DNA from: an uncultured bacterium
GTDB lineage: Bacteria; Chlamydiota; Chlamydiia; Chlamydiales; FEN-1388
Reading direction: 5' to 3'
DNA: 64,000 bases
Assembly (NCBI GenBank): GCA_964427425.1
Contig: CAYRUD010000001.1
Coordinates: 186,450 to 250,449 of the forward strand
Below, in pieces: positions 1 to 11,600 of this stretch. Position 1 is the stretch's first letter, and each line of letters opens with the position of its first letter. The notes below the pieces were generated by a model. The model made no database searches and was not told where the DNA came from. It saw nothing but the letters and a program-made list of their open reading frames with translations. A program made the position numbers and the translations under genes.

Positions 1-579
1 AACATCGCATCCTCTTGCCTTTGCCGCCTGGCATGCATCGAAGGCAACAGCTGCGGGATCACCGTTTTCGCGGCCTTTGACAATATCGATTTGAAGGCGT
101 TCTGCCCAGACGGTGAGCTGCTCTTGAGCCGCGGCTCTAAATGTGTCGCACGCTCCGAAGAGCACCTTTTTTCCTAGTTGCTTTTGCATGAAAAGGGCAA
201 GCTTTGCGCACGAAGTCGTCTTCCCATTTCCGTTGGTCCCTACAATTAAGTAGACAGTAGGTCCAGCTTCTGCTGAGAAATCCAATGAATGATTGAGGTG
301 GGATAACTCTTCTGTAAGTCCTTGTTCAATGACTGAGAGAATTTCTTGGCCAGTTGCTTCTCTATGGTTTCGCATATAGAGTCGAATTTTGCCGACTAGG
401 TCTTGTGTGATACTCACTCCAAGATCTGCTTCATAGAGTATTTCCTCGAGTTCTTCGAGTAAACTTTCATCGATGGAACGCCCAAGGAGCTTGGAAATTC
501 TCTCGCCAATTCGCTTTCTTGTTGAGCTGAGCGCTTTTTGCAGCGCTGAAAATCCCGATTTTATCCAACCAAAAACCAC
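1..579 (-). CDS. ftsY: SRP receptor FtsY (5' part; continues beyond window start; not in ORF track)
   Basis: Manual translation from GTG 579 (AGAGGA upstream): MVFGWIKSGFSALQKALSSTR...LEELEEILYEADLG...GTNGNGKTT...DTFRAAAQEQL...GDPAAVAFDA, i.e. SRP-GTPase G1 and DTFRAAA motifs. Confidence 0.95.
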   Translation of the reverse strand, partial: MVFGWIKSGFSALQKALSSTRKRIGERISKLLGRSIDESLLEELEEILYEADLGVSITQDLVGKIRLYMRNHREATGQEILSVIEQGLTEELSHLNHSLDFSAEAGPTVYLIVGTNGNGKTTSCAKLALFMQKQLGKKVLFGACDTFRAAAQEQLTVWAERLQIDIVKGRENGDPAAVAFDACQAAKARGCDV

Positions 580-824
580 GAGTATCCTCTCTTCGCTGTT
601 GTCTTACTATCTCTCATTATGAAAAGGCCAATATTTTTCTGTAGATATAATAAATGGAGAGAGGATGAAGATACAGGCTAGATTCATTTTCACTCAATGG
701 AACATATAGCCTGCAAGTGAATAAGCAGAAGCTTATAATAGTTTTGTACCTTATTATTAATATATTTTAGATTATCTGATCTAGTGTAAGTTATTATCTT
801 TGATAATAAAAATCGGTGTTTTAT

Positions 825-2021
825 ATGGTTAAATTTACTTCAGTTCGTGAATTAAAAGAGATTCCACAAGTTGATGGATGGAAAGACGTCGAAAAATTCA
901 AAAGTCGGAATCGAATCGTTAATGCTGATGGCAATGATGCAATTGGAGCATCAAACGGAGTGCGATATCAAATAGTCTCAAAGAAAGAGCGTGAAATAAG
1001 TATATTTGAGCGAATTGGGCGCATTTCTCTAGGGGTTTTCTATACGGCTATAACATGCGGATTTGCTCTTAGTATAAAGAGTGTCCGAAAGCTTTTTACA
1101 AAACAGAGCGAGACGATTCGATTTGGAATCGAGGTATTGCCGGAAACTCATCATACTGAGACCGAAAAGGATATTGACGCATGTGATCAGTCTCCATACA
1201 CGCAATTGCGTTCGCTCTTACGTTCAGAGAATAGCACTATTGGCATAAATTCTTTGCCATCTGAAAAGCCAATTGCTCTGACACGAATTCTTGGCAGTGG
1301 CGGCAGTAAAACAGCTGTAGAGCTTGAAGATGGAAGCGCGCTTCTTTTGCCTAATACGGATGTTGACCATCCTAAAGATATTGCTCGAAGATGGGCGCGA
1401 ATTGTGGAAGAAGAAGTTGCTATGTCTGATTTTCTGGCAAGCATAGGGCTTTTATCAACTTCTGCTGAAAAGGTAGATGTTTTTCTATCTTCTGATCCAG
1501 ATATGTCTCTTCCGGCGTATAAAATGGATTCATTCAACACACTTGCTCAAAAAGAGATGTGGATTATCGACAGCAAGAATTTGGAGAGCTCGAGTTGGAC
1601 AAAAGAGATGAAGCTCTTCTCTAAGGATACCGATATTGCTGAAGAGGCAAAGTGGGATGAGATTCTTGATCTTCTTTGTCAGGATATTGCCAAAATTGTC
1701 TATTATGATGTTCCTGCCTTAGGAGATTCATGTAACTTAGCAATTGTAAAAGATAAGGGACACTATAAACCGCGCTTTTTTGGATTTGATTTTTCGAGTA
1801 AGCATTATCCAATAAAGATTCCTACAAGAGAAGCTTCCAATATATCCTCGGACCAAATGAGGCACAAAGCTGAAAGAGTTATCTCGTCTATGCTAGAGAC
1901 TCTCTATTTAGCTGAAATCAAAGCGATTGCTCTTCCTGCTGCGGGGAAGTGCCTTATCAATCGTCTCAAGGAAAGATATGCTGAAACAATCATGACTGAG
2001 ATCAAAAATTTAGAAAAATAA
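825..2021 (+). CDS. Hypothetical effector-like protein: N-terminal hydrophobic module plus atypical protein-kinase-like C-terminal domain
   Basis: ORF 816..2021 (ATG at 825). Gly-rich loop LGSGGSK, alphaC-like IVEEEV, catalytic-loop-like GDSCNLAI, DFG-like GFDFS. Confidence 0.55.
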   Translation: MVKFTSVRELKEIPQVDGWKDVEKFKSRNRIVNADGNDAIGASNGVRYQIVSKKEREISIFERIGRISLGVFYTAITCGFALSIKSVRKLFTKQSETIRFGIEVLPETHHTETEKDIDACDQSPYTQLRSLLRSENSTIGINSLPSEKPIALTRILGSGGSKTAVELEDGSALLLPNTDVDHPKDIARRWARIVEEEVAMSDFLASIGLLSTSAEKVDVFLSSDPDMSLPAYKMDSFNTLAQKEMWIIDSKNLESSSWTKEMKLFSKDTDIAEEAKWDEILDLLCQDIAKIVYYDVPALGDSCNLAIVKDKGHYKPRFFGFDFSSKHYPIKIPTREASNISSDQMRHKAERVISSMLETLYLAEIKAIALPAAGKCLINRLKERYAETIMTEIKNLEK

Positions 2022-2046
2022 GATTGAGTATTCTTCTCCTTGAAAG

Positions 2047-2079
2047 GGCCTTTATCAATCGACCCCTTTGATAAAGGCC
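2047..2079 (+). terminator. Inverted repeat, probable intrinsic terminator
   Basis: GGCCTTTATCAA-N9-TTGATAAAGGCC perfect 12-bp stem, 25 nt after the stop at 2021. Confidence 0.65.
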
Positions 2080-2292
2080 TATTCACTATTCATTTCTCAC
2101 AATTTCATCGTAAGAGAAGCATTAAATTTCCTACTAAGACCTCAATCCTCTTTTCTTAAAAGCTCTCAAAAACTTTTCTATTTCCTTTGTCTTGAGGATT
2201 GCAGTGAATTACCAAGATAGTGAAGATAAAGAAAAAGATTTATTTAAACTTTAAGTGTTTATCGGCTCTTTGAGGCAAGCGAGAAGAAAGAG

Positions 2293-3471
2293 ATGCTACT
2301 CCACGAATATCAAATTAAATCACTTTTGAAGCGGTTTCAGATTCCATCGCCTCCTTATTATCTCATTGAGTCTGAAAAAGATATTGAGAACGTCATCCAA
2401 AAAGCTCACCTTGAATCCGGTGTTATTAAAGCGCAAATCCATGCCGGAGGAAGGGGGAAAGCTGGCGCCATTAAGATTGCCAAGACTCCTGAGGAGCTTA
2501 AGGCTTTTTCCTCAGAAGTTTTAGGGATGAAAGTTATCAATCGGCAGACAGGAAAAGATGGGATCACTGTTAAGAAGATTATCATCACTCCAAAAGTCGA
2601 GATCCAAAGAGAGATCTATCTTGCGATTACTATAGATCGAAAGAAAGGGGAGCATGTTCTCTTAGCATCTGCTGAGGGGGGAATGGAGATAGAGGAGATA
2701 GCTAAAAAATCCCCGAACTCAATATTACGTGAAGTTATCTCAGAAAAAAATAGGATTCATCGCTTCCAGATGACTTATCTTGCCTCAAAGCTTCGTTTGA
2801 AGGGCCTCCAAGCCGAAAGTTTTTATAAGATCGTCGATGGACTCTTGGAGGCATACTTTGCTTTTGACGCAACTCTTTTAGAGATTAATCCCCTTGTTGT
2901 TACTGAATCAGGATCGCTCTTGGCGCTCGACGCAAAGATGATTATCGATGATAACGCTATCTTTCGCCAGCCTGAGATGAAGTATTTTCTTGATGAGACA
3001 CAGCTGCCTCCACGCGAGGCAAAGGCAAAGTCTCTTGATTTGGCGTACGTTCCACTCGACGGCTCGATAGGATGCATTGTCAATGGAGCAGGTCTTGCCA
3101 TGGCGACATTAGATCTTCTCTCATTCTGGGGAGGAAAGCCTGCGAACTTCCTAGACGTTGGCGGCGGCGCAACCGAAGAGAAGGTATCTCAAGGTTTTGA
3201 TCTTATCCTCTCCGATCCCAAAGTGAAAGTTGTCTTTGTCAATATCTTTGGCGGAATTATGAATTGCGAGACGATTGCTCGCGCGCTGATCTCATCATTA
3301 AGAACGTATACAAAAGTTGAGAAGAAAGAGCTTCCGCCGATCATTGTTCGAATGGAGGGAACAAATGTTCATAAGGCAAAAGAGGTTCTTTCAAATTCAG
3401 GGCTTCCTATTACTAATGCATCAACGCTCGATGAGGCAGCGCAAACTGCCGTCCTCTTAGCGCAGCGGTAA
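2293..3471 (+). CDS. sucC: Succinyl-CoA synthetase beta subunit
   Basis: LHEYQ, VIKAQIHAGGRGKAG, LEINPL, NGAGLAMAT, ANFLDVGGGA, VNIFGGI motifs. Confidence 0.97.
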   Translation: MLLHEYQIKSLLKRFQIPSPPYYLIESEKDIENVIQKAHLESGVIKAQIHAGGRGKAGAIKIAKTPEELKAFSSEVLGMKVINRQTGKDGITVKKIIITPKVEIQREIYLAITIDRKKGEHVLLASAEGGMEIEEIAKKSPNSILREVISEKNRIHRFQMTYLASKLRLKGLQAESFYKIVDGLLEAYFAFDATLLEINPLVVTESGSLLALDAKMIIDDNAIFRQPEMKYFLDETQLPPREAKAKSLDLAYVPLDGSIGCIVNGAGLAMATLDLLSFWGGKPANFLDVGGGATEEKVSQGFDLILSDPKVKVVFVNIFGGIMNCETIARALISSLRTYTKVEKKELPPIIVRMEGTNVHKAKEVLSNSGLPITNASTLDEAAQTAVLLAQR

Positions 3472-3519
3472 TATGGTCCTACTAGAAAGCCAAGTCATCA
3501 AGAAAGCTTGAGAAAATAT

Positions 3520-4425
3520 ATGCCTATATTAGTTGATGCATCAAGTCGAGTCATCTGTCAGGGGTTTACCGGCAAGGCTGGTACGTTCCACACACAACAG
3601 TGCATGACCTATGGGACGAAATGCGTGGCAGGAGTAAGCCCAGGAAAAGGAGGGCAAGAACACTTAGGCCTTCCTGTCTTTGATTCAGTACGCGATGCAA
3701 AGCGCTTTACTGATTGCAACGTCTCGATGATTTTTGTGCCAGCCCCTTATGCGGCAGATGCTATCTTAGAAGCAGCAGAAGCAGGAGTTGAATTGATTAT
3801 CTGTATCACTGAAGGGATCCCTCTTCATGATATGGTAGAAGTAAAAAGAGTCCTTTCTAAAAGCTCGAAGAGTCGTCTTATAGGGCCAAATTGCCCTGGG
3901 GTTATCACTCCAGGTCAGGCCAAAGTGGGCATTATGCCAGGCTATATCCACTCAAAAGGCAAAGTGGGTATTATCTCACGCTCAGGAACATTAACCTATG
4001 AAGCAGTCTGGCAGACAACAAGCCTTGGATTAGGCCAATCCACATGTGTAGGTATCGGCGGAGATCCCATCAATGGTAGCTCATTTATCGATATGCTGGA
4101 GCTATTTGAGCAGGATCCTGAAACAGAAGCGTATCTTATGATAGGCGAGATCGGTGGCAGTCAAGAAGAAGAGGCAGCCGATTGGATCAAGCGCCATGCT
4201 CAAAAGCCTGTTGCCGCTTTGATAGCAGGGAAAACCGCCCCAGAGGGGAAGAAGATGGGTCACGCGGGAGCTATTATTTCACAAGGATCAGGGACTGCGG
4301 CTCAAAAGATGGAAGCTCTCTTACGAGCTGGGGTCTATGTCACTGAGAATCCAGCTATGATGGGCCAGATTGTAAAAACAGCGCTCGAGCGAGAAAAAAG
4401 CGGTAAGGTGAGAGCTAAAGTATAA
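3520..4425 (+). CDS. sucD: Succinyl-CoA synthetase alpha subunit
   Basis: [34 protein letters not shown] (phospho-His). ATG at 3520 inside ORF 3508..4425. Confidence 0.97.
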   Translation: MPILVDASSRVICQGFTGKAGTFHTQQCMTYGTKCVAGVSPGKGGQEHLGLPVFDSVRDAKRFTDCNVSMIFVPAPYAADAILEAAEAGVELIICITEGIPLHDMVEVKRVLSKSSKSRLIGPNCPGVITPGQAKVGIMPGYIHSKGKVGIISRSGTLTYEAVWQTTSLGLGQSTCVGIGGDPINGSSFIDMLELFEQDPETEAYLMIGEIGGSQEEEAADWIKRHAQKPVAALIAGKTAPEGKKMGHAGAIISQGSGTAAQKMEALLRAGVYVTENPAMMGQIVKTALEREKSGKVRAKV

Positions 4426-4446
4426 GAGGACATGCTATAGCCGAAT

Positions 4447-4470
4447 ATCCCTCCTCATAGGAGGAGGGAT
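4447..4470. terminator. Bidirectional terminator-like hairpin between sucD and htrA
   Basis: ATCCCTCCTC-ATAG-GAGGAGGGAT perfect 10-bp stem between convergent genes. Confidence 0.7.
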
Positions 4471-4482
4471 TTGGGATAAGCT

Positions 4483-5958
4483 TTATTCCTCAACAGGAAC
4501 TGGGAAGAAGCGGATGAGTGATCCTGCTTTGACCTGCATAAGAAGCTTTTTGCTCTCAAGGCCCTTTTTGACCGCTTCTGCGAAATCATCAAGAGTTTCG
4601 ACTTTCTTTCCGTTGACAGCTATAATGATGTAGCCGCTTCGAAGACCTGCTTCATAAGCTGCTGATTCTGGATCGACATCTACAATAAGAAGTCCCTTGT
4701 CAGCTTCGAGCTTGTACTTTTTAGCTATATCTGGAGTAAGAGCCTCTACAGATATTCCAATAAGTTCTTCAGTCGATTCAATGATCTTTTTGCTTGCTTC
4801 TGGATGCACATCGACTGTTGCGGTCAATGACATCTCTTTTCCATTTCTGATGATCCCTAATGCAATTGATTGGCCAGGCTTTGTAAGGGCGATAGCTCGT
4901 TTGAGAGTTCCTGCTGATGTAACTGGCTTATCATTAATTGAGATGATCACATCTCCTGCAATGATGCCAGCCTTTGCGGCAGGACTATCTGGCACGATCT
5001 CTGCGATAACGGCTCCTTGTATATCACTTAAGCCCAGTGCCTTTGCCATCTCATTATCAATACTTTGTGGAATGAATCCTAAGTAGCCACGGATAGGCTG
5101 GCCATGCTCAATTATCTCTTTCATCACTTCCTGAAGAAGGTTACTGGAGATCGCAAAGCCGATTCCGATATTGCCACCATCGGCGCTGGTGCTGACTATA
5201 GCTGTTGCCATACCGATGACATTACCGTCTAAATTGACCGCAGCGCCCCCGGAGTTTCCTCGGTTAATGGCAGCATCAGTTTGAATGAACTCCTCAACTC
5301 TCATGATATTGAGGTCTGATCTTCCAAGAGCGCTGACGACTCCTGCAGTAACAGAGGCTCGTAAAGCTAAGGGATTGCCGATAACAACGATCCACTCGCC
5401 GATTTCCAGCTGTGAAGAGTCCGCAAACTTTAGAGCTGGAAGTCCTTTTGCCTCAATTTTCAAAAGCGCTATATCAGTGCTTGGATCGCTTCCAACTTTT
5501 TTCGCTACATACTCTTTGCCGGAGGAGAGCTGGACGGTGATTTTAGAAGCGCCTTCAATCACATGATTATTGGTCATGATATAGCCGTCTTCTGAGACGA
5601 TAAAGCCAGATCCAAAACCATATTGTGGGGCTTGTTTTTGATGAGGCCTTCCAAATGGAGTTCCGAAGAAACGCTCCCAAAATTCATCATGGAAGAGATC
5701 GTACGCTTGTCCTTGCATCCTCTCAAATCGAGATGGCTTGAGCTGTACTTTTATGGAGACAACACTAGGAGTCGCTTTTTTCGCGGCCTCTACAAAGGGA
5801 GTAGACATCTTTTTACTTGTCTCGCTCTCTACACTTAAAGCAAAGAGCTCATGAGTCCCTCTGTCAAAGAATGAGCCCCATGGGGCTGCCGCAGTCAATG
5901 TTGATAGAAAGGCTACTTGAAGAAGACGTGAGTATATGTTTTTTGAGCTAATCGTCAT
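4483..5958 (-). CDS. htrA: Periplasmic serine protease Do/HtrA with two PDZ domains
   Basis: Triad motifs TNNHV, TDIAL, GNSGG; TDAAIN; two PDZ repeats (SPAAKAG, SAAYEAG); signal-peptide-like N-terminus. ATG at 5958 inside ORF ending 5970. Confidence 0.95.
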   Translation of the reverse strand: MTISSKNIYSRLLQVAFLSTLTAAAPWGSFFDRGTHELFALSVESETSKKMSTPFVEAAKKATPSVVSIKVQLKPSRFERMQGQAYDLFHDEFWERFFGTPFGRPHQKQAPQYGFGSGFIVSEDGYIMTNNHVIEGASKITVQLSSGKEYVAKKVGSDPSTDIALLKIEAKGLPALKFADSSQLEIGEWIVVIGNPLALRASVTAGVVSALGRSDLNIMRVEEFIQTDAAINRGNSGGAAVNLDGNVIGMATAIVSTSADGGNIGIGFAISSNLLQEVMKEIIEHGQPIRGYLGFIPQSIDNEMAKALGLSDIQGAVIAEIVPDSPAAKAGIIAGDVIISINDKPVTSAGTLKRAIALTKPGQSIALGIIRNGKEMSLTATVDVHPEASKKIIESTEELIGISVEALTPDIAKKYKLEADKGLLIVDVDPESAAYEAGLRSGYIIIAVNGKKVETLDDFAEAVKKGLESKKLLMQVKAGSLIRFFPVPVEE

Positions 5959-6045
5959 TGTATCACGCAATGCCTCATGTAAATTGACTATTTAGAATTC
6001 TTGCTCGACACTCTTTAATGTCATAAATCATGATGTCGTATGATC

Positions 6046-7461
6046 TTAGCTCTTCTTTTTCAGTTTTTCAACTAGAAGGCATACTGCTAGGAATCCTTGC
6101 TGCATTCGATGGAGGTCAAAATGCTCATCTGGAGCATGGATGTTATCGCTGTTGAGGCCAACGCCCCATAAGACGAGATCTCCTCCCAAATATTTTTCTA
6201 ATATGGAGAGGACGGGGATGGAACCTCCAGAGAGGACAAATGAAGGCTTCTTTTGCCAGATCTCTTCCATTGTTTGAGTGAGGAGGTGAGCTAATGTTGA
6301 GGAGAGGTCACTTCTGATCGCAGATCCCATTCCGTCATGAATCTCAACATCAACTTGTATACCTTCTGGGCAGCGATCCTCAATTGCTTTTTTTACAGCA
6401 TACGCGACTTTCATTGGGTTTTGATTTGGGACAAGGCGACAGGTGATCTTTGCAATGGCTTCTTTAGGAATAACAGTTTTAGCTCCCGCTCCGCCATAGC
6501 CGCCATGAATGCCATTGATTTCTAAGGTTGGCCTGAGCCAATTTCTCTCAGTAAGCGAGAGTCCTTTTTCCCCACCAGAAGGTATAGAGTCACATTCCTT
6601 TTTCCAGATCGAGTCTTTGAGTTGATAAAGCGAGTTCTTCTCCTCTTCAGAAAGTAAGGCGATGTCGTCGTAGAAATGATCAATTGTAATCTTCCCCGTC
6701 TCAGAATCCCTTAGCGATGCTAATACTTGAACTAGCGCATGGAGTGGATTAAAGGCCAAGCCTCCATGGACTCCAGAGTGAAGATCTGTGCGAGTCCCTC
6801 TCATTGTTACAGTCAAAGCGACTAATCCTCGAGCGCCAAATGTGATCGCGGGAAGGTCCGGCTCTTCCATGCCCATATCGACGATCATTGCCCAGTCGCT
6901 CTTACATCTCTTGCCAATTGAGGAGAGAAGAGAGGATAAAAGCGCGCTTCCCGATTCTTCCTCTCCTTCGATCAAAAGCTTTATGTTTATGCCGCAATCA
7001 CCACTTTCAGCCAGCTTTTCAAGGGCTTTTAAAACATAGAAACACTGGCCTTTATTATCCTGCGCGCCACGTGCCCAGATGGTCCCTTTATCATCTACAA
7101 ATGGATTAAACGGGTCATGCGTCCATTCATGTATGGGATCAACAGGCTGAACGTCATAGTGATTATAGATAAAGAGCGTCTTCGCGTGAGGATTGCTTGA
7201 TTTTTTCTCAGCAAAAAGAAGGGGAGGAAGCTCATCTCCTGTGACAGGGTCTTTATTATACACGGACACTTCAAAACCTATTTTTATAAGAAAGTCTTGA
7301 AGCCATGCAACACAATGATAAAAATGGTCTTTTTTCTCTTCAAACTCTGCGCTGATTGTTTGAAAGTTAAGAAATTGAGAAAATTCTTTGATAAATCGTG
7401 GCTTATTTGCATCGAAATAATCAGTAAAAGTCTTCAGGACGGAAGTTTGATGAAGTGTCAT
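6046..7461 (-). CDS. M20 family metallo-dipeptidase (ArgE/DapE/CNDP-like)
   Basis: HYDVQP, ARGAQDNKG, EGEEESGS, DLHSG, NIHAPDE motifs. Likely ATG at 7461. Confidence 0.88.
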   Translation of the reverse strand: MTLHQTSVLKTFTDYFDANKPRFIKEFSQFLNFQTISAEFEEKKDHFYHCVAWLQDFLIKIGFEVSVYNKDPVTGDELPPLLFAEKKSSNPHAKTLFIYNHYDVQPVDPIHEWTHDPFNPFVDDKGTIWARGAQDNKGQCFYVLKALEKLAESGDCGINIKLLIEGEEESGSALLSSLLSSIGKRCKSDWAMIVDMGMEEPDLPAITFGARGLVALTVTMRGTRTDLHSGVHGGLAFNPLHALVQVLASLRDSETGKITIDHFYDDIALLSEEEKNSLYQLKDSIWKKECDSIPSGGEKGLSLTERNWLRPTLEINGIHGGYGGAGAKTVIPKEAIAKITCRLVPNQNPMKVAYAVKKAIEDRCPEGIQVDVEIHDGMGSAIRSDLSSTLAHLLTQTMEEIWQKKPSFVLSGGSIPVLSILEKYLGGDLVLWGVGLNSDNIHAPDEHFDLHRMQQGFLAVCLLVEKLKKKS

Positions 7462-7588
7462 GAAGTGCTGACTCCTGTAGTAAGACTGAAAGAAAATGAA
7501 ATATACATTTCTATCTGACAAAGGGCTTTATCTGCTTTCGCTTTTTTTAGTAAGCTTCGGACTGGGTATTAATAATAAGGTGAAAAAT

Positions 7589-8632
7589 ATGTTTCTTGTC
7601 GACCTTCATAATGACCTTCTCTCGTACATTGAGTCTGATCCAAAAAAGCATACTCCCTTTGATGAGGAGACTCGTTCATCCGTATCTCAATATAGAGCTT
7701 CCGATGTCAGAGCAGTCGCTTTAGTTGCCTTTACTGCTGTTGGAGCTCCTTCGTATCATCTTCAGCTTGAAAAGCAAGGATCTATCCTCGTAGATCTTTT
7801 TCAAAAATATCCTGATATATATCAATCGCCCTTTTCCTCCTCATTCGAAGAGGGAAAAATAACTTCCTTTTTTGCTATCGAGGGTTGCTCTACTTTTTCA
7901 CATGAAGATGAGCCTTTAGAGAAGAGTTTTTCTCGCTTTCTTGAGGTGTCATCAAGCCTGAACTGCTATCCACTGTATGCCAGTCTAACATGGAATGGGG
8001 TAAATCGCTTTGGGGCAGGAGCTTTTTCAAGTGAGGACGAGGAAAAGCGCGGATTAACCGAGGATGGAAAAAGGCTTATCGATTTTCTCTTTGATAAGGT
8101 GTTCGCATTCGATATTAGCCATGCCTCTGATACGCTTGCTTTGGATATTTTCGACTATCTTGAGACGAAGGGATATTCTACAAAGATAATAGCAAGCCAC
8201 TCTAACTTTCGAAAAATCCATGAATCGCCCAGAAATTTGCCAGATGAACTCGCGATCAAGATTAAAGAGAGGGGAGGAATTATCGGATTGAATTGTATCA
8301 AGCCTTTTATCGGTGACGACTATTCATCGCTCTTTCGTCACATTGAACATGGACTTACATTGGTCGGAGAAGACCGTCTTGCCCTCGGAGCTGATTTTTT
8401 CTCTGTTGCTTGTATCCCGGCGAATCAGCAATCGCGCTTTAAAGATCATTTCTTCGACGAGCTCTCTTCTGCGGCAGATTTAATACATCTCTTCGAAAAG
8501 GTTAAAGATCAATTCGGCCAGAATATCGCAAGAAAAATGGCCTCTATGAATGCCCTCGAAAAGTTAATAGGCCCCTATATGCATAGAGGCCCATTAGTGA
8601 ATGATCAATCTACAAAATTGTCTCTTCATTAA
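7589..8632 (+). CDS. Membrane/renal dipeptidase family (peptidase M19, amidohydrolase fold)
   Basis: VDLHNDLL, AIEG, LTWN, GLTEDG, DISHAS, ASHSN, PRNLPDE, LGADF. Likely ATG at 7589. Confidence 0.85.
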   Translation: MFLVDLHNDLLSYIESDPKKHTPFDEETRSSVSQYRASDVRAVALVAFTAVGAPSYHLQLEKQGSILVDLFQKYPDIYQSPFSSSFEEGKITSFFAIEGCSTFSHEDEPLEKSFSRFLEVSSSLNCYPLYASLTWNGVNRFGAGAFSSEDEEKRGLTEDGKRLIDFLFDKVFAFDISHASDTLALDIFDYLETKGYSTKIIASHSNFRKIHESPRNLPDELAIKIKERGGIIGLNCIKPFIGDDYSSLFRHIEHGLTLVGEDRLALGADFFSVACIPANQQSRFKDHFFDELSSAADLIHLFEKVKDQFGQNIARKMASMNALEKLIGPYMHRGPLVNDQSTKLSLH

Positions 8633-11600
8633 GTGTAAGACCACTTTCTTGGAGCTCTTTCTTTTCATTGAGATAGAGCTCTTTTCCTGTGCAGATGGCA
8701 ATCCTGGCTTGGGCTTGTAGTACCTCTTGTGATGGGAAGTGGTGTATAAGAGCTGATTGAATATCCTCTTTTGTTGCATCGAGGATCTTCTCGCGGAAAG
8801 CGGATCTCAGCTCATACGTCTTTCCTTCCTTCTTCCATCCATAGGCAACTTCTCCTCTACTTCCTGGAGATATAGGTGAGTCGAAGCCTTGGATCATCTC
8901 AAGCTTTGCCTCCTCAAGGTCCTCAGAGTCAAAATCGCCTTGGTGTATTGCATCGATTGCCTCGTAGAAAGCCTTAATTGTAGAGCTTATGTGTGGGTCT
9001 CGATACGAATAGAACTCAAAGTTTGAGAGGCTTGTCTGGAGATATGCTCCGGTGCCATATGCACCACCTTGCTCGCGTATTCTCTTATGTAAGACTGTGT
9101 TGTCCATAATACGGCTTGCCAACGTAAGGTATGGCGCTTTTGAATTATCATATGGAACGCCTGGAAATGCTAATGAGGTGAATGAGACTTGCTGAGGAAT
9201 TAAGTAGATCTCAGCAGAACTCCCATGACTTGGAAGAGCAAAATCACTGCTATTCCAAGGGGTATAATGAGATGTAGGCAGATCTAAAAGCCCCCATAAT
9301 GCCTCTTCTCGCATGCGTGTAAGGCTTTGAGAGCCAGCTGTCGCGATGATGTCGACGCCGTGAGCCATCGAGAGCATGCATTTTAGAACTCTTTCTAATG
9401 AAGAATAAAGTTCTTTTTCTCGGGTTGAATAATTTTTGACGAGATCTTCGATCTTCTTGAAGTAGCTTAAGCCATACCAAGCTTCTTGAAGAGCCCCTGG
9501 TTTATGGAGTCGTCGGATATTGGCAAGCGAGGCGTAGCGCAGAGCGCTACTTGAAAATGCATTTGAGAGGTTCGTATAGTGCTTCTCAATGATGTCTCTG
9601 ATGCGCTGCTTTTCGTCAAGGCGAGGGCTTGTCAGGATGTCGAAGAGAAGTCCTGCCAATGATTCGAGGTTATGGTCGAGCGCTTTTCCACGCAGATGCC
9701 AGCTAGGGTGAAACTCATCTGTGGAGTGTGCTTGACAGTTCATGTTCAATGCAATTGAGATGCCGCCGGTTTTCTTCTGAGCCTCTTCGAGCATCTGATC
9801 ATACGTCCTAAGTCCTGCTCCGAGCTGTGGAAGGAGGACTGTCAAAAGTCGTGCGATCCACATATCTGAGAATGGAATATAGGGAAGCGGAATCGTAATG
9901 TCTAAATAGCTGATGTTATTTGTAAACGTTTCATGTGTATAGAGATTGATAGGAGCAGAGGCCATATTTTTATCCTCTTGCTTTATCAATGCTTCTTCAT
10001 GGTTCAGATGGATTGATCGAGCGCTTCTTCCAACATCATCTAATGAGATGGTTGGAAGGCATGAGCTATCATCTTCTTCATTCTGGACTCGCTCGAGCTC
10101 TTTTGCAAATGACACTATCTTCTCTTTTTCTTCCTGAGTAAGAGAAGCTTTCTTCTTCTCAAGAGTTCTCTTTTCCTCTTCAACTTCTTGCACTGCAAGT
10201 GTTGACGAAGGAGTCATAACGATCTCTGCTCGATGGCTGTTGTCGAGGAAATATTTATGAATGATGCGTGAGAAGAACTGTGTATCCCCTGAGATCTTCT
10301 CACGGAGTTCATTGAACAGGGTATGGATCGAAAGTCCCCAAAGAGGGTCGGAGCCATGATGAGCTAAGAGAGCGGCTCTCATATAGAGAATGACACCAAA
10401 TGGCGTCCCATCTGATCCAATCTCTGAGCGATCAAACTGGACTTGGTGAAGGGCCATCTCGATATGCTCTTGAGAAATTCCTTCCTGAGCGATCTTCTTC
10501 AGTGTTTCAAGTACTAACTCTCTGATTTTAGGAGTGTCTTGCTCTTGGAGCCCACTCATCACCAAGACATAAGGGATCTCTTTTGATTCAGTATCAAGAG
10601 AGCTCGACGCTTGACGGCATAGTTTTGACGCGATGAGTTCTTTCTTTAGTAAAGAAGCATCTGTTTCCATCAAGATGATATCGAGGATTGTGAGCGCGAG
10701 CGTCTCTAACTGATCTGTGATTGGGCAGGTAAGCCACGAAAGACTGTAGTACGCCGATCGCTCAGTATCTTCGTCTTTTGATAGGGGATAGAGGATTTTT
10801 TTTGTTCTTGGAGCCTCAAAGCGACGTTGAGACTTTATCTCGCCATGAGCGATCTTCTCAAGAGAAGTGGCTTGTGACAGTGCTTTCTCTTGAATATAGT
10901 CTAAGTGTTTCTCTAATGGAAGATTTCCATAAAAGAAGAAGAGGCATCTACTTGGGTGGTAGTATTGTTTATGAAATCGCCTTAAGTCTTCTACTGTCAG
11001 TAAGGGGATTTCTTTCGGATCGCCTCCAGAGTTTTTCCCGTATGGACTATCAGGAAAAAGAGTCTCAGAGACCGCTTCCATAAGCCTTCTCATCGGATTT
11101 GAAAGAGAGCCTTTCATCTCGTTATAGACGACTCCTTTAATGGTGAGCGGGGATGATGGATCATCCATTGTCTCAAATTCAAGTCGATGGCCTTCTTGCG
11201 CGAAGCTGATTTCGCTCAAAATTGGATTAAAGGCCGCGTCTATATAGACATCTAAGAGATTATAGAAGTCTTTCTCATTCTGGGTAGCAGCCGGATAGCA
11301 TGTAAAATCAGCGCCGGTAAATGCGTTCATGAAGGTGTTTAAACTTCGGCGTGTCATTGAAAAGAATGGATCGCGGACAGGATATTTCTTTGATCCGCAG
11401 AGGACACAATGCTCAAGAACGTGAGCGATTCCATTAGATGTTTCAGGAATAGTCTGGAAGGAAAGGCTAAATACATTTTCTTGGTCATCGGTGCTGATAT
11501 GGATGACCCTGGCTCCTGTCGGAAGGTGTGTAAGCTCACGGATTTCAGCTTGAAGCTCTGATAGATAGGTAACTCGATTTACTTCAAATTGCCCATATTG

